Positions 1 through 10,276 of a stretch of DNA of 64,000 nt are shown piece after piece (the first letter of the stretch is position 1; each line of letters opens with the position of its first letter). The position numbers were made by a program, and so were the translations under genes. Source of the stretch: Deltaproteobacteria bacterium (GTDB lineage Bacteria > Myxococcota_A > UBA796 > JAFGLY01); assembly GCA_016927815.1 (NCBI GenBank), contig JAFGLY010000121.1, forward strand, positions 3,016 through 67,015. Direction: 5' to 3'. The notes under the pieces were generated by a model that was not told where the DNA came from, ran no database searches, and saw only the letters and a program-made list of their open reading frames with translations.

Positions 1-11
1 GTCCTCGGGCC

Positions 12-1442
12 GTGGTGCGTGGAGCGTCCCGACCGGGGACACGCGTGACCGGCCTGCGCCTGACGCTCGTGCACCCTCGTTTTCGGGATCCGACCGGCGA
101 CATCCCCCTCGGCCTCGCCACTCTCGCGGCGTGGGTCCGCCGGGATCTGCCGGAGGTGGAGGTCGCACTGCACGACGGAACCTTCTCGCCCGGGATCTCG
201 GCCGCCGCCGCCTTTTTCGACCGCAACCGGCCGGACGTGGTCGGCATCGGCACGGGCACCCTGGCTCTGCCCGACGCGATCGCGGTCGCTCGATGCGCCC
301 ACGCACGGGGGGCCCGGGTGGTCCTCGGAGGTCCCCATCCCACGCTGTGCGCAGACGACCTGCTGCGCCGGCATCCCGAGGTCGACGCGGTCGTCGTGGG
401 GGAGGGAGAGGAGAGCCTGGTGGATCTCCTCCGCTTTGGGTTCGACGCCGCCACGCCCCCGCCGGGGGTCGTCGGACGGGATGGCCGTGGCCACCCGGTG
501 CACGGCCCACCGCGCGCCCCCCTGTCCGACCTCGACCGGCTTCCTCACCCGGCCTGGGACCTGCTCGACATGCCCCGGTACCTCGCGACCTGGGGGCGGC
601 TCGATGCCCGGTGGCCCGGCCTCCCAGGCGCCGCCGTGAGTGCGAGCCGCGGATGCCCCTTCCACTGCTCGTTCTGTCAGCCCGCCCTGTCGCGCCTCTT
701 CGGCCCGGGTCTACGCCTCAGGTCTCCCGGGCACGTGGTCGCCGAGGTGGTCGCGCTCCGCAGCCGCCACGGTGTCCGGGGCATCTGGTTCACGGACGAT
801 ACCTTCACCGTCCATCACGACTGGGTCGCGTCGTTCTGCGACGCCTGGCGGGCCAGTGGCCTCGACCTCCCCTGGGGCTGCACGTCCCGAGCCGACCTCC
901 TCGACCCCGAGATCCTCGACCGCATGGTGGATGCCGGCCTGGCCAGCCTCGGCCTCGGACTGGAGAGCGCGGTCGACCGCGTCCGGAACGGCATCTACGA
1001 GAAGGGTGTGTCGCTCGAGCGGATCGAGGCGGCAGTGCACCATGCACACGCGCGGGGGGTGCACACCTTCCTCTTCGTGATGCTGGGTGCGCCCGGTGAG
1101 CGCCTGGCCGAAATGGCGACCACGCTGCGGACCGCTTCCCGGCTTCCGGCCGACGACGCGAGCATCTCGCTGTGCGTGCCCCTGCCCGGGACCGCGCTCC
1201 GCGCACGCCTGGAGGACGCCGGCGTACACCTCTCCGACGACGCCGCCCATTACGACTACTACCGGGCGCAGCCCTTCGCCGGGACGCTACCTCCCTGGGC
1301 GCTAAGGGGTCTCCAGCGCTGGGGATGGGCGCGGTTCTACGCCGTTCCACGACGCTGGTCGGCGCTCCTGCGCAGGGTTGCCCATCCCGCAGGGCGCCGA
1401 GGACTCGCCCGCCACCTCGCCCGGCTGGCGCCGCGCGGGTAG
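12..1442 (+). CDS. B12-binding domain-containing radical SAM protein (class B rSAM)
   Basis: 476-aa ORF. N-terminal B12-binding-like Rossmann region (DVVGIGTGT, VVLGGPHPT) followed by the radical SAM cluster motif CPFHCSFC. The frame is open to the window edge, so the GTG at 12 may not be the true start. Confidence 0.8.
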   Translation: MVRGASRPGTRVTGLRLTLVHPRFRDPTGDIPLGLATLAAWVRRDLPEVEVALHDGTFSPGISAAAAFFDRNRPDVVGIGTGTLALPDAIAVARCAHARGARVVLGGPHPTLCADDLLRRHPEVDAVVVGEGEESLVDLLRFGFDAATPPPGVVGRDGRGHPVHGPPRAPLSDLDRLPHPAWDLLDMPRYLATWGRLDARWPGLPGAAVSASRGCPFHCSFCQPALSRLFGPGLRLRSPGHVVAEVVALRSRHGVRGIWFTDDTFTVHHDWVASFCDAWRASGLDLPWGCTSRADLLDPEILDRMVDAGLASLGLGLESAVDRVRNGIYEKGVSLERIEAAVHHAHARGVHTFLFVMLGAPGERLAEMATTLRTASRLPADDASISLCVPLPGTALRARLEDAGVHLSDDAAHYDYYRAQPFAGTLPPWALRGLQRWGWARFYAVPRRWSALLRRVAHPAGRRGLARHLARLAPRG

Positions 1443-1453
1443 GGAGGGGCGCG

Positions 1454-2854
1454 ATGGCCATCCGGAACGTCCTCCTCATCGATCCACCCTACCTGGGCAG
1501 GAACGTCCACTGGTGGGACCACGTGGGCAGTCACATGCCTGGGCTGGGGCTCCCGTCGCTGGCCGCCTGGCTCGAGCACAGGGGGCACCGTGTGTACATC
1601 GTGGACGGCCATGTCGAGCGCATGGACGTCCACACCCCCGAGCGGCTCCTCGCCAGGTTTCGTCCCGACCTCGTGGGCATCACGGCCATGACGCCGGTCG
1701 TACCCGCCGCGCTTGCCGTGGCCCGCGCCTGCCGCCGGCTGTTTCCTGGGGTGCCGATCGTCCTCGGGGGTGCGCACCCCACTGTGCTCCCCGAAGACGT
1801 CCTCGCCCACTCCGAGGTGGACTTCGTGGTCCGCGGCGAGGGCGAGGTCACCCTGGCCGAGTTGGTCGAGGGGTCCGACCCCGCCACCCTTGCGGGCCTG
1901 TCCTGGCGCGCCGTGGACGGGATCGTCCACAACCCGGACCGTCCCCTCCTGCCCGACCTCGACGCGTTGCCCTCCCCGGCCTGGCACCTGCTCCCCTTGA
2001 GCCGCTACCGTCCAGGCCTCGGCACCTACCGGAAACTACCGGCCGTGAGCCTCATGACCGCCCGGGGCTGCCCCAACCGGTGCACCTACTGCTTCAACCT
2101 GTTCGGCCACCAGGTCCGCCGCCAGACGCCCACCCGCGTCGTGGAGGAGGTCCGACGGCTCCGCGCGGTCCATGGCATCCGCCAGATCCAGTTCTACGAC
2201 GACACGTTCACCCTCCGAAAGGACTGGGTCCTGGAGCTGTGCGGACGGTTCGCACGCGAGGTCCCCGACGTGGCGTGGACCTGCTACGGTCGGGTCGACA
2301 CCGTCGATGCCGACATGCTCGACTCCATGGCCCGTGCGGGCTGCCACCAGATCTGCTTCGGTGTGGAGTCGGGAGATCCCGAGGTGCTGCGCACCGTGGA
2401 GAAGCACATCACGATCGACCAGGTCCGCACTGCGGTGCGCCTCGCCCGCGAGGCCGGCATCCGTCCCCGCGGCACCTTCATGATCGGGAACCAGGGGGAG
2501 ACGCCTGCGTCCATGCAGCGCACGATCGACCTGGCCCTCTCGCTCGACATCGACGTGGCGCTGTTCTCGGTGGCCACGCCCTACCCCGGGACCGCGTTCT
2601 ACCGGTGGGCGGAGGCGGAGGGGCGCCTCGTCACCCGCGACTGGGGCCAGTACGACCGCAACAGCACCACGGTCCGCCTGGCCGGGGCGGATCCCGAGAC
2701 GGTGTGGGCCTTCCATCGTGCCGCCTACCGCGCGTTCTACCTCCGGCCGAAGTTCGTCCTGCGCTACGGGCTCCAACTGCGTCACCTGCGGCACCTGTGG
2801 GATGGATTCCGCGTCCTGGCGGCGGTGGGCACCTACCGCAGGGTCGGGGCGTAG
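1454..2854 (+). CDS. B12-binding domain-containing radical SAM protein (class B rSAM), paralogue of the upstream gene
   Basis: ATG at 1454 (MAIRNVLLIDPPY) lies 5 nt after a GGGAGGGG SD and 11 nt after the upstream stop. B12-like region (LVGITAMTP, IVLGGAHPT) and CxxxCxxC motif CPNRCTYC. The longer 1172 start in the ORF track overlaps the previous gene and was rejected. Confidence 0.8.
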   Translation: MAIRNVLLIDPPYLGRNVHWWDHVGSHMPGLGLPSLAAWLEHRGHRVYIVDGHVERMDVHTPERLLARFRPDLVGITAMTPVVPAALAVARACRRLFPGVPIVLGGAHPTVLPEDVLAHSEVDFVVRGEGEVTLAELVEGSDPATLAGLSWRAVDGIVHNPDRPLLPDLDALPSPAWHLLPLSRYRPGLGTYRKLPAVSLMTARGCPNRCTYCFNLFGHQVRRQTPTRVVEEVRRLRAVHGIRQIQFYDDTFTLRKDWVLELCGRFAREVPDVAWTCYGRVDTVDADMLDSMARAGCHQICFGVESGDPEVLRTVEKHITIDQVRTAVRLAREAGIRPRGTFMIGNQGETPASMQRTIDLALSLDIDVALFSVATPYPGTAFYRWAEAEGRLVTRDWGQYDRNSTTVRLAGADPETVWAFHRAAYRAFYLRPKFVLRYGLQLRHLRHLWDGFRVLAAVGTYRRVGA

Positions 2855-4410
2855 GGCACCGCGTAGAGCACCGTCCAGGTTGCGATCAGGGCGATCCCGG
2901 CCTCCGGAGCCAGCGCGATCTCGCGGATCATCGGCATCAGGCCCCCGAAGCGGTCCACGACGCTCCCGTCGTCGAGCCGCCGGACCACGACGGCCCCGGT
3001 CACCACCGATCCCGTCACCAGGAGGCCCCGCCCGGCGTCCACCGCCAGGACCCGCACGCCCATGGACACGGGGATCCTGCGCTCGACCACGCCCGCCACC
3101 GGGTCGACCACCGCAACGGACGCCCTGTCCGGCTGGGCGACGAGCAGCCGGCCCAACTCGGGAACCCAGAGCGGATGGGCGTTCACGGAGGTGAGCCCGA
3201 GCCAGGGCTCCACGCGGCCGGTCGTGGGATCGGCGAGGAGCAGGCCCTTGGCGTAGTTCGGTGCGAGCACGAGGCGGCCGAGCGGGGGAACCCATGCGGC
3301 ATCCCGAGGTGCGGGGACCGACTCGCCGTTGGCGCGGTGCAGGGAGACGGCGTGCCCGGGCTGGACATCGGGCAGGGCGACCGGAACGATGCTTCCGGGG
3401 TCGGTGTCGTTGGCCGCGACGCACACGAGATAGACGAATCCCGCGTCCAGGGCAGGGACCATGTGGAGGAACGGACACGCCTCCGGGAACCACCGCTTGG
3501 CCCGGTACTGCCAGCCCTCGGGGCCGAGAGCGAGCCCCACGAGCCAACTCGGACCGCCGCGGACCCACACGAGGTCCGTGCTGGAATCGACCCAGGCGTC
3601 GAGGGTGCCCGATCGGAGAGGAGGGAATCGCCTGGGGAGTGGCCAGGTCGCGATTGGGCCGCCGCCGAGAGGCATGCCGACCAGCCGGCAGCTCTCCTCG
3701 GCCACGGCCACCGCTCGATCCCCGAGGATTTCGACATCCGAAAACTCTCCACGGACGCCAGGTTCGGCACGCATGAGCACGATCGCCCTCGGATCGGCCC
3801 GCGCGCCGGGCCAGGCCATCACCGATCCCCGGTGGTCCCCGAGCAGGGCGTCCGCCGTGAACCAGCCGACCGCCACCCACAGGAGCCCGACGAGGCGCGC
3901 GAGCCCGCCCCAGCGTGGGGGAAGCAGGCTGCCAAGAACCGGGACCGGCAAGACCAGCTCAATTCCCGGGATCCACGAGATCGTGCGGACCGCACGGGGG
4001 AAGTCGGGGAGGGAGAGGTTCGCCGCCAGGAGGACGGCGACGCCCACTTCGAGCGGGAGGCACGCGCCGGGCAGCAGGGGGACCGCCAGGAGGGACAACC
4101 CGAGCCCCGCCCACCGGGCCGCGCGCGCGGGCATCGCCGCGAGCGCGAGTCCAGCTCCCGCCGCGACCGCCATCGCGGCCTCGAGGACACCGATCCGCAG
4201 CAGCGCCACGTGCCAGGTCTCGACCCCGTACTTCAGGAAACCGTGGGGGTACCGGACCCAGGTGAGGACCTGGTCCAGGAACAGGTGCCGGACTCCGAAG
4301 AGCGCGACCCCAGCGGCGGGGAGGCGTGCGGCCACCCAGGCCCGCCGGAGCATCTCCCTACGCCCCGCAGGAAAGACAGGATGATCGGGGGCCAACGGCG
4401 GATGGGGCAC
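2833..4410 (-). CDS. Integral membrane protein with C-terminal beta-propeller-like domain (hypothetical)
   Basis: 525-aa ORF. The N-terminal ~190 aa contain several hydrophobic helices (GVLEAAMAVAAGAGLALAAM, GLGLSLLAVPLLPGA, LVGLLWVAVGWF). The C-terminal ~330 aa have short repetitive beta-strand segments. No family motif recognised and the GTG start is uncertain. The 3' end overlaps the convergent rSAM gene by 22 nt. Confidence 0.55.
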   Translation of the reverse strand: MPHPPLAPDHPVFPAGRREMLRRAWVAARLPAAGVALFGVRHLFLDQVLTWVRYPHGFLKYGVETWHVALLRIGVLEAAMAVAAGAGLALAAMPARAARWAGLGLSLLAVPLLPGACLPLEVGVAVLLAANLSLPDFPRAVRTISWIPGIELVLPVPVLGSLLPPRWGGLARLVGLLWVAVGWFTADALLGDHRGSVMAWPGARADPRAIVLMRAEPGVRGEFSDVEILGDRAVAVAEESCRLVGMPLGGGPIATWPLPRRFPPLRSGTLDAWVDSSTDLVWVRGGPSWLVGLALGPEGWQYRAKRWFPEACPFLHMVPALDAGFVYLVCVAANDTDPGSIVPVALPDVQPGHAVSLHRANGESVPAPRDAAWVPPLGRLVLAPNYAKGLLLADPTTGRVEPWLGLTSVNAHPLWVPELGRLLVAQPDRASVAVVDPVAGVVERRIPVSMGVRVLAVDAGRGLLVTGSVVTGAVVVRRLDDGSVVDRFGGLMPMIREIALAPEAGIALIATWTVLYAVPYAPTLR

Positions 4411-4465
4411 GAGGCGGGAGTATCCAGTCGGCGACGGGCCCGCATCCAGGCCCGGGCAGCAAAGG

Positions 4466-4480
4466 GGCCCTGAGATTGCT
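4466..4480 (+). promoter_or_regulatory. Weak sigma54-like -24/-12 element (GGCCC-N-TTGCT) upstream of the amidotransferase gene
   Basis: GGGCCCTGAGATTGCT has the correct GG-N10-GC spacing and a good -12 TTGCT. The -24 box is a poor match to TGGCAC. It lies 31 nt upstream of ATG 4512. Confidence 0.2.
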
Positions 4481-4511
4481 CGGGCAGGGCTGCACCTGCT
4501 AACGCTGGCCC

Positions 4512-5642
4512 ATGCGCACCTGCACCCGCTGCATCCTGGACACGACCGTTCCCGGCATCCGGTTCGACGAGGCCGGCGTATGCCACCTCTGCCACGTCCA
4601 TACCCGCCTGGAGACGGCCTTCGCCGAGCAGGCGAGTGGCTTCCGGCGGCTCGTCGATCGGATCCGCGCCGAGGGCCGCGGGCGGCCCTATGACTGCATC
4701 GTCCCGGTCAGCGGCGGCTCCGACTCGAGCTTCGCCCTCGTGCACGTGGTTCGGGATCTCGGACTGCGCCCCTTGGCCTGCAACCTCGACAACGGATGGG
4801 TGTCCGACATCGGTCGGCGCAACCTGGCGACGCTCGTCGAGCGCCTGGGCGTGCCCCTGAAGACGTTCCGGTTCCCGTGGCCCGACCTGAGCGCCGCCTA
4901 CGTCGCCTGCCTGCGGGCCTCGATCCCGGAGGTCTGCCTGCCCTGCCTCGTGGCGGTCTTCTCCCTCGCGTACCGGGCTTCCGCAGAGGAAGGCGTCCGC
5001 ACGGTGATCTTCAGCTCCTCTCCCCTCACCGAGGGCATCGCGCCCGCGCGTTGGAGCTACGTGGACGGCCGGTACTTGAGGTCGGTCGTGGCGCGCCACG
5101 GCACACCCGGCGCTCGGCGCGTGGTCCGGGAATTCGACCGGATCAGCGCCACCTCGCTCCTCGTCGGCGCCCTCGTCCGCCGGACCCGCGTGGTGATGCT
5201 CCCTCTGTACGTGCCATGGGACGAGCGCGCGAACCGGGATCTGCTCCGATCGGAGTACGGGTGGATCGACGGCGGGAAGCACTCGGACTGCCTGTACACG
5301 CCGTTCCGCGACTGGTTCATCGCGAGGAAGTTCGGCTTCGACATAAGGAGGCTCGGCCGAGCCGCCCTCGTCCGCAACGGGAGGCTCGGCCGCGAGGAGG
5401 CGCTCCGGTACTTCGAGGAGAACCCACCGGCCCAGCCGGACGACGCCCGGATGCGCCTCGTCCTCGACCGCCTCGGGCTCGGTGAGCGGGACCTGGAGGC
5501 CCTCCTCGACCTCCCGCTCCAGGGCCCCGACGACTACGCCACGTGGCGGCCGGCCCTCGGTGTCCTCCGGCCCTTCGTCCGCGAGGCCTGCCGGCGGGGC
5601 ATCCTCTCCGCCCACGTCTACGACAAGTTCTACAACTGCTGA
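4512..5642 (+). CDS. N-acetyl sugar amidotransferase family protein (PP-loop ATPase, WbuX/TIGR03573-like)
   Basis: 376 aa. N-terminal Cys-rich ribbon (CTRCILDTTVPGIRFDEAGVCHLC) followed by the PP-loop SGGSDS (VPVSGGSDSS). This layout is characteristic of the LPS-type N-acetyl sugar amidotransferases. Confidence 0.7.
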   Translation: MRTCTRCILDTTVPGIRFDEAGVCHLCHVHTRLETAFAEQASGFRRLVDRIRAEGRGRPYDCIVPVSGGSDSSFALVHVVRDLGLRPLACNLDNGWVSDIGRRNLATLVERLGVPLKTFRFPWPDLSAAYVACLRASIPEVCLPCLVAVFSLAYRASAEEGVRTVIFSSSPLTEGIAPARWSYVDGRYLRSVVARHGTPGARRVVREFDRISATSLLVGALVRRTRVVMLPLYVPWDERANRDLLRSEYGWIDGGKHSDCLYTPFRDWFIARKFGFDIRRLGRAALVRNGRLGREEALRYFEENPPAQPDDARMRLVLDRLGLGERDLEALLDLPLQGPDDYATWRPALGVLRPFVREACRRGILSAHVYDKFYNC

Positions 5643-5728
5643 CGCGGGTTTTCGTCCCCAGACCCACCTCCATCCCGCGGCACCTGTCCTTCGCGAAGGG
5701 CACGGATAGGGAGGGCTCCTGGACACCC

Positions 5729-7363
5729 ATGACCCGACTCCAGCGTTCCGACGCCGACCTCGCGACTGCCCGATCCGGCCGCTGGTTCGCGCTCGTGGCC
5801 CTGATCGGCGCGTGCGCCGCGGCCCTGCCCTGGGTGCGTCATCCCCTCGCCTTCATGCGAGCCACGTGCCCGGACGTGTTCCGGACGCCCTGGTACCACG
5901 ACCGGATGGCCCGGCACTGGGCGGTCTTGAACCTTCATCCCGATTCCGGATTCGACCATCCGGTGACGCAGCGTGCGGTGGACGGGTTTTCCACCGTGGC
6001 CGACGTGCTGCTCACCGCACCCCTGACCTGGATCCTCCCCTGGCCTGCCCAGTGGACCGCAGCCCAGTCCGCGGCCATCCTGGCCAACGCCTTCGGACTG
6101 GCCTGGCTGGCTCGGGTGCTCGGCTGCCGAGGCCCTGGAATCGCGTTCGCGGGCTTCGCGGGCGCCTGGCTCCAACCCGCCTGGATCGAACTGCTCGCCG
6201 GTAAGCCCCAGGGCGTGCTGATCGGGCTGTACGCGGCAGCCCTGGCCGCCTTCCTCTCGCTCGTCCCTCACGACGACGGGTCTGAACCCCGGGCATGGCG
6301 CATCGCCCTGGCCTCGATCGTCGCTGCGCTGGCCCTGGGCAACCACCCCCCCCTCGTAGTGCTCGTGGCTCCGGTCGCTCTCCTCGCACCCCGGCGCCCT
6401 TCGGGTCCTGCCGTGGCCATGGCCGCCATGGGCACGCTCCTGTTGGCCGCACCCTTCCTTGCACGGATGTGGTTCGTCTATGGCGGCAAGATCCTCAGAA
6501 TCGGCCCCCCTCGATGCCTGGACTGGGGTCAAGCGCTGGCGGTCGCGGACCTCGCCCGCGTCGTCCCCCAGCCGGTGGACTCAGCGAGTGGGGCGTGTCT
6601 CTCCGCCGGACTCTGGCTGGCGGCTGGCATGGCCCTCATCGAGTCCGGTAGACGGCGCCGCGTGGCCGCCCTGGCGGGCGTCGCCGTACTGTACGCGCTC
6701 GCCGCCCTGGGCTCCTGCCCCCGCCTCCTGCCCGATCCGTTCGTGAAACCCCTGTTCGAGTGGACCCCGGCACCTGTTCACTGGCTCCAACAACTGCTGA
6801 ACCAGACCAGCCGGCTCTCGATCGCCGCATGGGTCCTGCTGGCGATGCTGGGAAGCCTGGGTCTAGAGGCCGCCTTCCGGAGACGGAACCGTGCGAGGTG
6901 TGTCCTGGCGGCCGTCGCAGGCATGCATCCCGTGCTGCTGGTCCTGCCCCTCGTGCTCGGGGCCCGCCAGTGGCATCCCGTCGGGCCACCGGCAACGGCA
7001 AGGTTCCTGGCCTCGGCGGCTCCCGGGGTGGTCGCCGAGCTTCCCTGGGACCAGGCAGGGCAGTTCCTCTCGGCCCTGCACCAGCCGGACCGCATCCGGG
7101 TCAATCCCCGATCCAAGCTCCAGGAGGCTGCGCGCCTGTTGCCCGCGGTGGCCTGGCTCGACAGCCTGTCGACCTGCACACCCATGGCCCCCCCGACGGC
7201 CCGAGATCTCGACGAGATCGAACTTCGATGGATCTTCCTCGATCCCGACAGGTTCCCTGACGACGTGCCTCCCGCTTGTCGACAGAAGGCGCGCGGGCGG
7301 ATCGAGGATCTGCTGGGTCCGCCGTTGAAACTCGAGGAGGAGGTGTGGGTGTGGAAGGTGTGA
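5729..7363 (+). CDS. Large polytopic membrane protein, paralogue family member 1 (GT-C/YfhO-like architecture, function unknown)
   Basis: ATG at 5729 (MTRLQRSD...). About 10 or more hydrophobic segments, then a C-terminal soluble part. Shares motifs with the ORFs at 21199-23175 and 23304-25049 (ELLAGKPQGVL vs ELVEGRPTQAIL/EAMAGRHAQAFL; AELPWDQ vs ELPYAWTQ). The stop overlaps the next start (GTGA). Confidence 0.6.
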   Translation: MTRLQRSDADLATARSGRWFALVALIGACAAALPWVRHPLAFMRATCPDVFRTPWYHDRMARHWAVLNLHPDSGFDHPVTQRAVDGFSTVADVLLTAPLTWILPWPAQWTAAQSAAILANAFGLAWLARVLGCRGPGIAFAGFAGAWLQPAWIELLAGKPQGVLIGLYAAALAAFLSLVPHDDGSEPRAWRIALASIVAALALGNHPPLVVLVAPVALLAPRRPSGPAVAMAAMGTLLLAAPFLARMWFVYGGKILRIGPPRCLDWGQALAVADLARVVPQPVDSASGACLSAGLWLAAGMALIESGRRRRVAALAGVAVLYALAALGSCPRLLPDPFVKPLFEWTPAPVHWLQQLLNQTSRLSIAAWVLLAMLGSLGLEAAFRRRNRARCVLAAVAGMHPVLLVLPLVLGARQWHPVGPPATARFLASAAPGVVAELPWDQAGQFLSALHQPDRIRVNPRSKLQEAARLLPAVAWLDSLSTCTPMAPPTARDLDEIELRWIFLDPDRFPDDVPPACRQKARGRIEDLLGPPLKLEEEVWVWKV

Positions 7364-8904
7364 AGAACCCCCTGACGTCCGTCCGGCTCGTGGGCAGCGG
7401 TCCGATCCTGGGCCTGGTCCTCGCGGCGTGCCATCCATCGCCGGATGGGGAGCACCCCGACACCGGGCCGGACTCGGACAGCCCCACCGAGGGGCACGTG
7501 GACGTGCTGGTCGTCGGTGGCGGTCCGGCAGGTGTGATGGCGACCGTCCAGGCCCATGCCTCAGGTGCGCGTGTGCTGCTTCTCGAGCGCCAGCCCGTGC
7601 TCGGCGGCATCGTGGCCGCGACCGGGGGATCCATGACCTTCGCGGGGACCTCCACCCAGGCGGCCGCGGGCGTCGAAGACTCGCCCGGTGCACTGCTGGA
7701 AGACTGGACGGAGGCTACGGGCGGGGATCCGAGAGACCCCTGGGTGCGCCAGTTCGCGGAGCGCTCGGTGCCCGAGGTCTTCACCTGGTACACCGAGCGG
7801 GGCACGACGTTCTCCCTCGTCCTCGGTGAGGACGACCCCCTCGGGGGGGTTCCCCGGCTGCACCTGCCATCGGGTGGAGGACAATCCCTGATGGACACCC
7901 TGGTCGGCGCCCTCTCGTCCGATCGGGTCCTCCTCGAGCACGAGGTCACGGGACTCCTGACCGGCCCCGGAGGGGTGGTGCAGGGCGTTCGTGCCGTCCG
8001 GGCCGATGGGACGACGGTCGAGCTGGGCGCAGCCAGCGTGGTTCTGGCCACCGGCGGCTTCATGAGGGATCTCGAACTGGTGTACGGAAACCGGCCGGCT
8101 CTCGAGGGCCTCGACCTCACCTTCGCATGCGCCCGCCACGCCGACGGTCGGGGCCACCGCTGGCTGCTCGAAATGGGCGCCACGTGGGACAATCCCACCG
8201 CGGTGGGCCTGTACCTGCACGGCACGCCGGATCCCAGACCGACCGGCGAGGGGGAGGACTTGAGGGTCAAGCCCACGCACCTGGGCATCCAGGTGGACGG
8301 CACCGGTCGCCGGTTTCGTGACGAGTCGAAGGAGAACGACCTCGAGGCGGCCGAGGATGCACTCGCCACCGGCCACCCGCCGTTCTGGCTCGTGGTCGAT
8401 GCGGCGGTGGCCGACGAGATGATCTTCCAGGATCCCCTGGTCGAGGCCCACGAGACCCTGACGGTGGACGCCGGCATGATCGCCGCACACGGCCACCTGG
8501 TGGAGGCGGCGACCCTCTCGGATCTGGCATCGGCCATGGGGGTCGACCCGACGTTCCTCACCGCTTCGGTGGACGGCTTCAACGCCTGGGCTCGCGGCGA
8601 ATCCAGCGATGCGTGGAGAACGGATCCCCTACCGCCGGATCCCATCGATGAGCCGCCCTACCGCGCCGTCCACCTGGTGCCCTCGCTGGCCAAGGCGTTC
8701 ACGGGCATCGACGTGGATACGTCCGGACGCGTGCTCACCGCATCGGGCGAGCCGATCCCGGGCGTGTACGCCGCTGGCGAACTGACGGGCATGGCAGGCG
8801 GCAGCCTCGTGGGCCACCTGGGCTTCAACGGCTCCTTCTCGGCCGTGCTCCTCTCAGGCCTCGTGGCCGGCCGCACGGCGGCCGAGGAAGCCCTGGCCCG
8901 CTGA
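7360..8904 (+). CDS. FAD-dependent oxidoreductase (fumarate reductase/KstD-type flavoprotein) with lipoprotein signal
   Basis: GTG at 7360 overlaps the upstream stop. Lipobox LVLAAC. Dinucleotide fold VDVLVVGGGPAGVMA. C-terminal AAGELTGMAGGSLVGH is typical of FAD_binding_2 flavoproteins. Confidence 0.75.
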   Translation: MKNPLTSVRLVGSGPILGLVLAACHPSPDGEHPDTGPDSDSPTEGHVDVLVVGGGPAGVMATVQAHASGARVLLLERQPVLGGIVAATGGSMTFAGTSTQAAAGVEDSPGALLEDWTEATGGDPRDPWVRQFAERSVPEVFTWYTERGTTFSLVLGEDDPLGGVPRLHLPSGGGQSLMDTLVGALSSDRVLLEHEVTGLLTGPGGVVQGVRAVRADGTTVELGAASVVLATGGFMRDLELVYGNRPALEGLDLTFACARHADGRGHRWLLEMGATWDNPTAVGLYLHGTPDPRPTGEGEDLRVKPTHLGIQVDGTGRRFRDESKENDLEAAEDALATGHPPFWLVVDAAVADEMIFQDPLVEAHETLTVDAGMIAAHGHLVEAATLSDLASAMGVDPTFLTASVDGFNAWARGESSDAWRTDPLPPDPIDEPPYRAVHLVPSLAKAFTGIDVDTSGRVLTASGEPIPGVYAAGELTGMAGGSLVGHLGFNGSFSAVLLSGLVAGRTAAEEALAR

Positions 8905-8947
8905 CGGCCGTCCTTCGCATGCACTCCGTCCCGGGTCGGATGGGCCG

Positions 8948-10265
<1,318 letters not shown>

Positions 10266-10276
<11 letters not shown>

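Noticed and set aside
1378-4473. 1031-aa ORF on the plus strand spanning the second rSAM gene and the antisense of the propeller gene.
   Set aside because: The translation is Arg/Pro/Gly-rich low complexity. It is out of frame with, or antisense to, ORFs that carry clear motifs. This is a typical shadow ORF of very GC-rich DNA.
12-5642. RiPP cluster interpretation (rSAM enzymes plus a PP-loop enzyme), requiring a precursor peptide.
   Set aside because: I found no short ORF with an SD and a leader/core-like sequence in the small gaps at 1443-1453 and 4411-4511. The PP-loop protein has the sugar-amidotransferase Cys ribbon rather than a YcaO or LanB-type architecture.
5543-5728. Longer N-terminal extension of the polytopic membrane protein (start at 5543 in the ORF track).
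   Set aside because: The extension overlaps the end of the amidotransferase gene and translates as Pro/Arg-rich sequence. ATG 5729 follows an AGGGAGG-like SD and precedes the first TM helix.
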